From: Mytilus edulis
Taxonomy: Eukaryota
Assembly (NCBI RefSeq): GCF_963676685.1
Contig: NC_092344.1
Location: forward strand, 111,600,001 to 111,664,000
Direction: 5' to 3'
Length of the DNA: 64,000 nt
Both the position numbers and the translations under genes were made by a program. Every line of letters starts with the position of its first letter. The stretch's first letter is position 1. Below the pieces are notes generated by a model. That model had not been told where the DNA came from. It saw only the letters and a list, made by a program, of their open reading frames with translations, and ran no database searches. Shown in pieces: positions 51,612 to 64,000 of the stretch.

Positions 51612-54600
51612 GGACCATAAGTGTAAATAATTTTATAGCTATAAAAAGAAAGAGATGTTGTATGATTGTCAATGAGACTTAGTACTATCCACCAGAGTCC
51701 AAATGACGTAGGTCTTCATCGATGAGAAAAGTCAACACCGTATAGTCAGCCATAAGCCAGAAAAATAGATTACATTCAAGAAAAGGACAAATAAAGCTGT
51801 TCAAATTACCAAATCTATTAAGCCAATCCACTTTTGGGAAATTCTGCAATATAGCTAGAGAATTATTGGTTATTCAAGCAAAAATATCATCAATGTTTAT
51901 CAAATGGAGTCAAGACGGATCTTTATGGAATTTTGTCAAAGTCATGATTCAATTAAACATATGAAAGTCAAGAGGTACAATTTGTTGCTCATATGAATAA
52001 TACATATGTACCTACAACCTGTTGATTAATTTTCATATTGCCGAAATGTACAGAGATCAAGAATATAATTCCTAACTTGTGTTAGTTCATCACAGTTCCT
52101 TTAAACATATTTCACTGATTCCACAGTTTTAGTTAGTATATCATGAACAAGCATCTTTAACAGAAGACAGATTTATATGAGTTGCAGCTTTAATATTTGA
52201 AATAACATGTTTCGATGGACCATATCATTTAGTTAAGACACTATATTTTGTAATATTTTGATGAAGTGTACTGTAGAGATCCGAAAAGTCAAGTGAAATC
52301 AAAAACAAGTTATTAATCTAAAGCATTCAAAGAGTTGTCCCCTCTTCAAAGATATTAATTCCATTATTTTCATATTGCATAATGTTTAAGAAACTTATCT
52401 AAAATGCGTTGTTGATTTGTTCTCGTTGATGTATATTACATATCTCCTTTTATTCAAATGCAAAGTCTCAAATATGCACATTTCGATAACTTTAATTGTC
52501 CCAGATGGGGACACTCTGCTCGACATTTTTAGTCCCCATGAATTATTTCTATTCTAATTGGACAAATATAGCATTTCTTTTTGTATCCAAGCGCTCTAGG
52601 TAAAGGCGAGTATTTGCCGTTTCCGTAAATAAACGCACGTTCAAAAGAAAAGTATATATGTAGCTCTCAAATCTAGGGTGGGGTCAAAATCTATGGCAAA
52701 TGTGACGTCTTGCCATAGCAAATCTATGGCAGATTTTTTACAATCCTAATCTATGGCCAGTTTTGTGATTTTGTAACCGATCGCGATTTTTTTTTGTTTC
52801 CAAAACTATGGTGGTTTTTTTTTTGCAAATGGAAAATAATGCAGGACATATACGACCAATGGCTTGTCTTAAACAAGTGGAAATGTAGGGGATAAGATTC
52901 GAATAAAAAGTCAACGGACGGACGACGAATTTACAAAGTTCCAAAGTTTGATTTTTAACCTATTTAAATTACCATTCCGTAATTTTCTTGTTTGCAATAT
53001 TTTCAGAAATACCGAGACGCTACTTTTCGTATAATTTGAAGGTTACACGAAGCATATCTACAAATTCTGTTTGTTATTAGTTCTATTGGAGACAAGTCAC
53101 GTATCAGACCGTCCTTATGTAACTTATAGATGTTTACTCGTTAAGCATAATAAAGTTTATAATTGATGTAATTGTTGTACAATTATCATGCCCGTATGAT
53201 GAGCCAGTGGTATGAGATACGGAAAATCAATGACATTTGACATTCGTCGTAAACCTTCTGGTATACATTACTAAATTAACAACATATATCTGTAAACCAC
53301 ATACCAAAAGTGCTTTGTAGAAATCCCAGGAAACTTATAAATCATATTGCAAAAAAGACTAATTTCATGTTTTCATATTTTGCTTCCAGTTCTGTGATTT
53401 TAATAACAATTTGGCATATATCTTCGTCAATAATTAATGCCAAAGATTCGGAATGATGGATAGTTGCAGAGTTGTGATTTGTCAATACTACAATACCATA
53501 GACGGAATTTTAAAGAAATGTAATAGAATCAATAGACACATCTGGATACACAAAATCAACTAATTATGGCAGAAGGTAGGTGTATTTTTTATATATCAGT
53601 TGTATTATATAATATTGAGTAATTTTTTATCCTTAGATAAATTCCATTCACTTATTTGGAAAGAAATACCTTTACCTTATGAAACGTTGGAATTAATCTG
53701 ATAACACAATTAAGAAATTCATTATTCATTTATTATTGTTGTTTAATTGTCATGATGGTTATTACATATACATATACCTATGCACAAAATAGATGAACAG
53801 AAATGTGTGAGCAAAATAGTAAAATTTGAATTTCCAGTCGTTTAAAGTGTTAAAATATGTAATATTAAGTACCATTGATATAAGGTTGTCAATATATATT
53901 TATTCAATGAATATTTCATTAGAAGAAAGGTTTAGCCTTATATGAAACTGATTCCGTATGCACATCCACCAAAATTCCATCTTTTCAATTTGTTTAGCAT
54001 TGTTTGGATTTGAATATAAATTTTTTCTCAGATGTTTCCGCAACATAAATAATTCAATAGTTTTTTATGCATATTTTGTATAAGACAATTTGAAGATCAA
54101 TAATAAACTTAATTATTTATCGCAACAAAATTGATTCATTTGTCTTAATGTGTTTGCATGCAAAGTTGTATTTTCCTTCACTTGAAACAGTGCTTTATTT
54201 AAGAAAAGGCTCTAGTAGATTCCAAATTGTTTTTTTTTTTTTTTTACCAATAATGAATTTAATAGTACTCAGTTATTCATGGTGAACTGTAAATTTTGAT
54301 TTTTGTATTAAATCTTCCTTAAAGTCTTCAAACAACTTCTTGATTTTTGATGTTGAAAACATGTTAAAATTTATTCCCGTTAAATGAAAAATATGTACTC
54401 ATTACAGTTATACTAAATAACCGTTTTTAAAAAAAGACTTCTTTATCAATATGTTCCTTTAACAGATTAATTCCATTCTATGAAGCACCATAAGCAACCC
54501 TTATTTCATTTCATTATTTCAGGAGCATCGGGTTGGTCTTAATACTTGAGTTTGTGTGAGCCCCTTTTTCATTTCACTTCAAACTTTGTCCACCATAAAT

Positions 54601-57600
54601 ATCATTCGGTTTAAACTGAAAGCCGTAGAAAAGAATATCATTCATTTTGTCAGACAGTCCATTTGGAAATATGAGCTCCTTTGTCTATGAGTAAAATGAA
54701 ATGCATTTTCTCCATTTATTTGACATGAAATTTGTACCCTATTGAATCTCCTCACAGCGTCAGGGTAGAAGTTATATATGAACCTTACCTTCATAAACAT
54801 AAGATAAAGACGAACACAAAAAGATTACCAAAGTGAATATTCATCACCCTCTTGAAAAGCGAAAACAAAAACACATTCGTGCAACAAATAAGGAAGACGC
54901 TAATATGATAATATTTAACAAGGAAGGAAAAATAATTTACAATATACCTATTAGCATGTTAGGGATAGGGGAAATACAAATATCATTTGCCGATGACATA
55001 TTTGTGTTGTGCCTTTGAGTGCCAATTAATAAATGCCATCTTTTATTTCTTTTTGCTTTGTATACAAAACATCTGTCCCATGGTTGTTCTGAGCTGTCCA
55101 ATTTAGTGCCAGCACAGTTTCAAACTGTTTTCCTCAATCATTGATTAACTTAGAAAGGAACATGTTGATCGTAAAAATCATTAGACAATTTACATTATCT
55201 GTCAGAGTTGTCAGTATAAACACCATTCACTGTATTCTGACGGAGCGACTCTCAGACGGTTATCAACGTTACAGAACACATCATTGCCTTTACCATCCTA
55301 GTCATTAAAATGGAATCAAAGCTTTACTGATAAGCTTTCAACCAGTTACATAATCACAGTTATACGTAAATACATAAACTATTCTTGGTTGGGAAAGATA
55401 GGAAAAAGGAAAATCACAAAAATACTGAACTCTAAGAAAAATTTAAAAATGAAAGTCCCTAATCAAATGGCAAAATCAAAAGCTGTAACACATCAGACGG
55501 ATGTATAACAAATGTCATATTCCTGACTTGGTACATGAACCGAAGTTATATCTGTAGTTTATCGGCCTAGTTTCATATCGTAGAAATGTTTTTTTTTCTC
55601 GTATGGTCCTTATTTTGTCTTGAGGTTTTATACATATAGACAATTTATGGTACACCCAGTTCGCTCTGGTTTTTATTAATTTTACATAATAGTACTTGCA
55701 AATCAATATAAACAAAAAATGTTTTGGTTGAAAACATATGCTTCGAATTAGAATACTGCCAAAATAACTTTCTCTTTGCTGGATTTTATCCCTAAAATTA
55801 ATTTGTTGTACCTTTTCAAAATTCAACACAACCGACAACCAGAAACGTTGTTTATCCAAGTTAAACCCTCAGGATAGTAAACATCTTTTAAATATCTTGA
55901 ATAATTTGGAAAAAAGTAATATCACAAAAATACGGATCTCCGAGGAAAATTCAAAATGGAAAGTCCCTAATCGAATGGCTAAAAAAAAACCCACATCAAA
56001 CAAATGGATAACAAATGCCATATTCCTGACTTGGTACAGGCATTTTGAATTGTTCCTATTGGTTCTAAAATTTTGGTTGTCGATTTTTAGTTTGTATTAT
56101 TGAACTGTACTAAACCTAAGGATGTAGCTTCATCAGGTGTTTATCTTTTGTAATTTCGAACTTTCTGTGTATGCCTTTTTCCGTTTTGTTGCTCTGAAAT
56201 GTTGCTTTTGATCTGTAATGATTCACATCATTAAACACAACTGAAATATTACGTTCATTTTTTTCATTTGATGCAAAAATCACATTGGGTAATGCTCTTT
56301 CGTGTTTGATTAACTTAAAGGAATCTTTTTTGAAGAAAAGTAATTTACCAAGATTGATATATTTATAATTTACGAAAGTAAGCAATGGCGTATTTTCTTT
56401 GTTGTAGCTGTGTTTTTCGTCATAAATATGAACAGTTATAATTGAATTGCATTTTCGGTATTGACATTTGTTTAGTGTTGTGTACCTATTGATATACTAC
56501 TAATTGATGCAAAAATACTGAACTCCAAGATTAATTCAAAATTTGGAATTTTATAAAAACCAACAAACTTATTTTATCAACCAACGGAACATTGAAAAAC
56601 CACGGTCACATTCTTGAATTGAAACAGGCATTTTGTGAATTAAATATTGGGTCAAACTTCGTTTTATAGCTAACTCAAGCTGCCACTTGTATGACAGTTG
56701 TTTATAATTTCGTTGTATTGCCAAAACGGGTAAAGAAACAAACAGACGTAATATAGGTTAATGTGACATAAATTGGGATCCAGCAGCCAAAACTGTGTTA
56801 ACATACATCAAAGACATAATTATACATCTGACTAAAAATTCAAACAAACATACAAATATATCTAACAAAGACGCCAACAAAATTTAAGGTGTTGAAGTTG
56901 ATAATATTTCACAAAGTCTACAAAAAAATGTGTTTGTCGTTGATATTAAATTGGCAAAGACGCCAATAAAAAAAATTTGAGGTTGATAGTGCATTTGAAT
57001 AATGGTTGTTTCGTGAGTATTAAGTATTTGTATCAGATTATTGGTGGAATCGTGTGAAATTATTTTAAAATTGATTTGTGTTGTTGGACTGTAGTTTACT
57101 ACCAACTGTTCTGTCTTTATTTTTCACAATATCAGAATTTCATATGGAGATTTTATAATTGATTGCAATATATACTTCAAAGTATGTTTAAGTTTTCTCG
57201 TAGTTGGACGTAAATGTTAACAACTTATATTGATGTGACTGCATAGACTGTAAAGTAATTATCATCTTTTAATGAACAAAATTACAACTGGTCTGCAAGG
57301 TATAAAACTGTACTTGCCAAAATATACTGTGTCAAAACCCTAGGTGAAGCACGAAAACTCGACGAGACTAACTGAAGCTATTCTTTATATAGTCTAGTTG
57401 GTCGAGTAGTCTATGGCGCTGGGCAAATTGCAGGAAGTATAGTCATATGTCCCAAAAGCAGGGGTTCGAAGTTCATTGAGGGAAAAACGTATCTTAATGA
57501 TTTTGCAGATCTAACCTTTGTCGGCCTAAATTCATGACGAAGTATAATACACAAAACACTATCAAAGATTTTTGAAACGATGGCGTCGGATTGCACAACA

Positions 57601-57899
57601 AATTAATTAAATGGAAAAAATAAAAATATGAATAAGTATTTCTGAAAGCAGATATCTTTCATCAGTATGATGCAAAATGAATTTTATCCATCAATGTTGA
57701 TTTTTTTTCTCAAAAATTCTCGATCACAACGCTGTGAAATCCTAAATTTGCGTAAATTCACGTAAATTAAGCATTCACAATGGGAAAGTAAAATTACAAT
57801 AAAACCGAACTACGAGGGAAATTCAAAATGGAAAGTTTCATGGCAAAATCTAAAGCATCAAACGAATGTATACTGCGCTTTTGAGAATGCATCCAAATT

Positions 57900-58170
57900 T
57901 AAATTAGCTATTCAGTTGCTGTAATAAGCATTGCGTGAAATGAACAACTGTTCAATAATCTGAAGTGGGACCCTTTTTTATTTTCGTATCTCAAATCTTT
58001 CCAGAGTGATTCTATTTCCTCTGAGAGGAAAGTCTGGCTTATCATTCATGGTAATTCGACGGCTGTTTCTACGTTTGTGAAATGACTGTTCTGACTCACC
58101 AATATACTGTTTAACCTATTCATAATGTTGTAGTCTTGCAAGTAATATTACAAAATATGATGTATTTTGT
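57900..58170 (-). mobile_element. Degenerate GIY-YIG endonuclease remnant (PLE-like)
   Basis: Minus-strand NITCKT...KQYIGESEQSFHKR and downstream LQIIEQ. Confidence 0.55.
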
Positions 58171-58984
58171 ACCATTGGAGGAACCATACAAATTTTAGGA
58201 AGATATTTAAAACCAGAATTCTGCACTAATAAGATGCCTTTTTATCTTTTCAAGTATTTATTTTTTAAACAAAGTATCTAAACATGTTTTGGTCTAGGTA
58301 TACATTTAAAATCAGTCCTCCTGGCATTAAACATGTTAAATATAATTCCATCCACCCGTCCTTTTATTCAGATCAACCTCTGACGTCAATCTCAAATGGC
58401 ATATTCGACCCCCATCTACCCCTGTGTCTGATTAGATACGACTATTATGCAAATAGAACAACAAAATAACTGGCTATTTTAGATAAACTATCCTTGAGGG
58501 TGTAACAAATTACTAAAGGCACGTAGACTGTTATTATTACTTCCAATAAGCAAATCACACTTCTATTGTATTTTTGTCCAAAGTCTAATGACCGTTTTAC
58601 AATAATGCCTTTACCAATTATAGAAGCGTGGCTGGCTTTAGAAGACAAAAGTAATATCATTTCAGGTGTCAGGTTTTGTCCGTGTAATTTTATGATAAAA
58701 GAAGGAAAACTGCTAAACTAATAAATTGATACAAGAAATTTTTGTTATGGAACAGCTCATGTCTTAAAATGATCAAATTAATCCAGGTACTGTTGGACTA
58801 TTATGTCTAAAATAATTTTTTTTATAAAATTCCTAAAAATTGCATACCATGAATACTTTTAGACTTGAATGTTTAGAACAAATTGTATTTTTATATTATA
58901 ATATAACGTCTTTGGATAGTTATGACAAAGATAAACAGATACCACTGCGTTTTGAACACATGTCTATATTTATGACTCCTTTAC

Positions 58985-59106
58985 AGAAACCCTTATTTAT
59001 TTTTGTTCTTTCCTCAACGGGATTCGAACCCATCCGTGTTACTGTGACATCATGGCAACACAGCATGCACCGTATCCGGCGCCCTAGACCACTTGACCAC
59101 CTGGGC
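58985..59106 (-). mobile_element. tRNA-derived SINE head remnant
   Basis: Minus-strand GGTGGTCAAGTGG (A box) and GGGTTCGAATCCC (B box). No proper cloverleaf forms. Confidence 0.6.
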
Positions 59107-61672
59107 TACACAATAAATGTAACTTTTGGTGGTCAATGTTATGGCTTTATCTGAGGTTGTAACTCATTACATGATGTATAATGGCAAGTAGGTGATGTAC
59201 CTTTCATGCCAGCTATTTTGTTAGTTACTATGCCGCCCCATCAAATTTGATGTGTGTTGGTCTTAATCAAAACCGATTAAGCACTGATGATACACAATAC
59301 AGTTATTGCAGCTAATATGGTGAACTAAATCGCCTAGAATTCCCACAAACGCACCAATAATCACAAAAATTGTTAATACGACATACAGGGATGTATGAAG
59401 AAATAGACCAGAACCTTCAAATCTACAGGAAGTCAACGTTAAATTAAAATAATTGCTCATCTGTCAGCCATTTTGTTGAAATAATAAATAAGCAGGAACG
59501 CCTGAATAGGCACATTACATCTGATGTTTCTTATAGGCATAAAGTACCGGTTTCACCATCTCTGCATGTTGAACAGCCCTTGCAACAAGAGTTTGTTGGA
59601 TCAGATGCTGAACGACAAAGAGTATGCCCCTATCCAATATACTTTCATTTCTCATTTGCTGTTCAAATTTGTACGCCTTGTTCTTTTACGGGACTAAACG
59701 CACGTGTTTATTGTGGATGTGTATGAATAATTTGCCACTGGACTTCAAGCTAACAACAATCTATTTATCAAGCACTCTATACATTTCATTTTAAATCATT
59801 TAAGAAGTTTTAAAAAAAAAGAAAAAGAAAAAAATCTCATTTCATGTTACGAATTATTGGAAATATTTGTGTGGAGTAGCAATTTGTGTTTATTTTAATC
59901 AATATATTTTTCATTTCAACCATGAAAATAAACTACTATCCGAAAACTTGTAATTTTCGTTCGAGTAAGTTTGATATCATTTATTACAGTTGTTTTCTAC
60001 AAATACGAATTTATTTCCTAGGAACGTCATTAGCAACATGAACATTTCCATAATTTCAATATAAACAGTTGCTATGCAGTAAAACTAAAAGACAATGCAA
60101 TAAGCGACCGCAGTTAAAATATTTTAATTATGGTATACAAGCTTTTGTTGAGCACGAATCGATCTGCAACCCTTTCACTGTTTGATCTCATGTATTGCTA
60201 ATCGTAGAATTTATATAGTACTTGTCGCTGATTTAATTTAATCGTAGAATTTATTATATAGAATTATTAAGTACTTGTCTCTCATATATTGTAATTTCTT
60301 ATTTTAGCATAATATTTACATGCTGATTTATCTGTCATAAGTTTGCTTGTTTAAGAGATGGAATAATGACTGAGTCTTATACTCGCTTATACAATCATTT
60401 TTATTTCCGATAATATGTTATTGTTTGGCTTTAATTGTCATATATACAGTCATAGTTTTTGCTAATGACAATGCTTTGTCGTGATCTTTTGTCATCGATT
60501 TAGACAACTAAAATGGCGTCATTTTGTCTGCAATGAAGTTTTTCCTGAATAATAATGAAGCAGTGAAAGAAAGTCAAAGTCTCACAAAATACCATGGCTG
60601 TCATAGTAGCATAAATTGATAAAAAATTGCATTCTCGAGTACAATGCAATAATCTTACGACTAAGATTGATGATAAGTTAAATAAAATGTTCATGATTCC
60701 CACGTTATTTTTTTCTGTGTGTAAAAAGTGTCCCTTCCTAATCCCCTTGTTTCATTTTTTTACTTCAGTGCAAATCATAATACCCTTGATATCAAGGTAT
60801 ATACCTCGAAATCAAAGTAAAGAGGTTTTAAATAAAAACTTTTCATAGAAAGATGTCATATGTACTTTTGAATACAATGATGAACCGGAAAGCTCTAAGT
60901 TAATAAAGATTTGAACTGATTATAAATTATGAAAGGAATGGGTATTCCGTAGAAAATTTTGTGGGCAAAAATATTTTTGTTTTCGTCAATGTAATTACAA
61001 TGTCTAAAATCTTTGAGAGCGAGAGAGAATCGGTTTATTGCTAGAAAGCGATACGTCTTGCATAATTTACATTCTCAATAGGTATAAATCAAACTCATAA
61101 AGTTATTATTCAAAGAGATACTGAATACGTGTGCATTTTTGTCGTTGTAATTTCGAGGGACTGCTAAATGAAATCTGTAAAGAAGTAGTGTTAATGCTAT
61201 TCACTTTGTTATGCATCTTTTAATGTCCACTTTAATAACAAGTTTATTTCTATTTTCTTATAACTTTAATTCATTTTTACAAGAGTTTTAAAAAACCCTC
61301 AATCTTAATGCAACCAGTTACGTTGGTACCTTCCAGTCTAATTGAAGTTTTGCGTATCAACGTTTGTGGTAACTATGAAATGTAAAAACCGAAGTAATAC
61401 TCATCGCTAGGGAAATCTGAGATCATTTTAATTTCTCGCAAGAGATCAATAGGATAAAATGATGAAGAAAATAATAAAGGAAACCTTTAAGAAAACTAAT
61501 GTGGATTCCTATGAAGATTAATATAAATATGTTTCGAGTCAGACGATTTAAGTAATGAAATACAAACATGGAATCAGTAATAATATATCAAAAGAGACGA
61601 CGCTTTTGTTCAATAATATTGCTATATACTGATGTTGTCTCTAAGTACAATTATCGACAGGTGCGTGTTCTT

Positions 61673-61924
61673 TAAAATTGAGAAAAGAAATGGGGAATGT
61701 GTCAAAGCGACAACAACCCGACCATAGAGCAGACAACAGCCAAAGGCCACCAATGGGTCTTCAATGTAGGGAGAAACTCCCGCACCCGGAGGTGGTCTTC
61801 CCCTGGCCCCTAAAAAGATATGTATACTAGTACAGTGATAATGGACGTCATACTAAACTTCGAATTATACACAAGAAACAAAAATTAAAAATCATACAAG
61901 ACTAACAAAGGCCAGAGGCTCCTG
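61673..61924 (-). mobile_element. Short 5'-truncated Naiad 3' tail
   Basis: Reverse complement of about 5655-5902. It begins inside the twister at CAGGAGCCTCTGGCC. Confidence 0.85.
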
Positions 61925-62336
61925 TATATGTCTGTTTCAGATAGTCTCAATCAGTTTTGTTTTCAGCAGCGTTTTTTATGCCCTACTTTTGTCACTTATG
62001 ATAATCTGTTATGTAGAGTACATTGTTAACGGTTCAAAACTTTATGGGCTCAACACCGATCTAGAAATACGTCAATATAATGATAAGATTTTGCATGATT
62101 GCCATTGAGACAATTAACTACAAGAGACGCAAGTCATTGTAATTTCGGTAATGTAAATTTGTAGTGTCCTCAGACTCGTAAAGAAATTCTTATGATTGAA
62201 TTATTGTTGCAAACGTCCCTTAGCAAATTTGAAGGAGTCATTACAGCAAAGTAAAAGAAGGGAAAATAAACCTAAAAATTAATGTCTACTATTACTTACT
62301 TTTGATTAAAGCAACTTTGACTAGTATTATATAAAT

Positions 62337-64000
62337 CATCAGTAAGTAGGAGAATCTGGACGATATTTATCTAAACGCACTCAAGAACATCTGTATCGTT
62401 TTGAAAGACCCAATAAATTCAAAAATATCATTTACCAACACCTTAAGAAGCACAACCATCCTTTTAAATATTTAGCAGTTCAACCTATAGAAGTAGTAAA
62501 TAAGCAGCCTGGTGAATCGCATTCAAAGTTTGTACGATCACGGAAAATAATTGAATTAAATTGGATTAAAAAATTACAGACAGTTTACCCTCTCGGTCTA
62601 AATGATAATATCATGGGAATTGGTAATATATCTAGAACCAATTCCGTTAACATTTTGGATATAGTTTCTAAAACTTTTCGTAAAAAACGTTCTCACGGTC
62701 GTAGAACAAATCGCAATCTAAGAAAATTTCGGGCCAATCATACCAATATTTCGGACCTAATTTTTATTTCAAAAAACAACGGCAGTCATTATCTGTTAAC
62801 AAAACTCTGTTCGTTACCGGTTAATAAGTTAAATAAAATTTTGGAGGATTGCAACACAATTTCATATAGCAGTCCTAAGTATGAAATTGTTCAAATTATT
62901 ATGGCATATTGTTATTCTAAATTATTTCCCAAAATTGATCGCCCTGAAGATCATAAAAAACATTTTATTAAAATTAAGTATGTCAATAAAGGCTTTGATT
63001 TTGTAAATATTGCCGGTATATTTAACGACCATTCTGTTAAAGAACAAATTCCTGGATATTTTGACAATACTGAGCTACCTCTTATTTGTTATAAGCAGAG
63101 CCAAATACAATGAAAGTCCCAACTATGTATTGGCTTCCGAAGCTACACAAAACCCCTTACAAAATAGATTTATTTCGTCTTCAAGCCATTGTTCAACTAC
63201 TAAATTGTCTATTCTTCTTACCAGCACACTTGGTACAATTAAAAACCTGATAATAAATTGTTCAAATAAGGCCTTCGAAAATAGAGAAATAAATTACTTT
63301 TGGAGTGTCAAGAACTCGTTGGAAGTACTTGATAAATTGCATACTTATATTGGTGATTTTGAATCTGTTCAAAGTTTTGATTTTTCTACCCTGTATACCA
63401 CATTGCCTCACATTTTCATTAAGAAAAAATTCACACACCTAATTAAATGGGCATTCAAAAAATCTGAATGTGAATATATATGTTCAAACTCTTTTAGGTC
63501 ATTTTTTAGTAGCAATAAACAAAAAAACTATGTTAATTGGACATGCTTTGATACTATATATGCCCTTGAATTTTTACTAGATAACATTTTTGTTCGCTTT
63601 GGGGATTCCGTATATCGTCAGATTATCGGAATTCCAATGGGGACTTACTGTGCACCACTTATTGCGGACCTGTTTTTGTATTGTTATGAGTTACAATTTA
63701 TGACAAAAATAAGCAAAGACCCATCGAAACAACATCTGATAAACAAATTTAATAATACTTTTAGATATTTGGATGATATTTTGGCTCTCAATAATTACGA
63801 CTTCAGTATGTATATTAATGAAATTTATCCTGTTGAACTTACTTTAAATAAAGCTAATACTAACAATGACCACTGCCCTTTTCTCGATCTTGATATCTAA
63901 ATCACTAATGGAAAGCTGAATACTAAAATTTATGATAAAAGGGATGATTTTTCATTTCCTATCGTTAATTATCCGTTTTTAGATGGTGACGTTCCCTTGT
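62337..64000 (+). mobile_element. Naiad/Chlamys-type Penelope-like element with an N-terminal GIY-YIG followed by RT; defective, running off the window end
   Basis: HQ*VGESGRYLSKRTQEH...ELNWIKKLQTVYPLGLND is in frame with and upstream of ORF 62613. There is an internal deletion after TELPLICY (about 63093), then PTMYWLPKLHKTPYK with a frameshift near 63163, SFDFSTLYT, GIPMGT and RYLDD, and a premature TAA at 63898-63900. Confidence 0.92.

Noticed and set aside
53440-54800. Possible ancient L1/Tx1 ORF2 remnant on the minus strand
   Set aside because: Only faint motif traces were found, which is not supportable without a profile search.
63111-63113. TGA ending ORF 62613-63113 as the Naiad Sec codon
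   Set aside because: It lies after an internal deletion junction in a shifted frame. The homologous frame reads AEPNTMKVPTMYW.

Overview
AT-rich eukaryotic genomic DNA, most likely from a bivalve mollusc (mussel-like; inferred from the expanded HSPA12 family and the repeat types). The host genes are a cluster of four HSPA12-like (atypical HSP70) paralogs that share a 4-coding-exon structure. Three are on the minus strand (the first is disrupted) and one is on the plus strand, head-to-head with the third. Much of the rest is mobile DNA: a CR1/L2-group LINE, non-autonomous TIR elements (IS3EU-, Kolobok-, Ginger- and Tc1/mariner-like), Helentron-type HINEs, tRNA-SINEs, and many Penelope-like element (PLE) copies and tails, including Naiad/Chlamys-type copies with an N-terminal GIY-YIG domain. 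The most striking signal is non-coding. The PLE 3' terminal region carries three RNA modules in order: a type II SECIS, a circularly permuted (P5-type) twister ribozyme whose P1 is replaced by two covarying palindromes, and a conserved multi-branch RNA of unknown function. More than a dozen intact, decayed or partial twister-like copies from several families occur in the window, and one tail carries a hammerhead and a twister in tandem. All structures were read by eye. No folding or database search was run.
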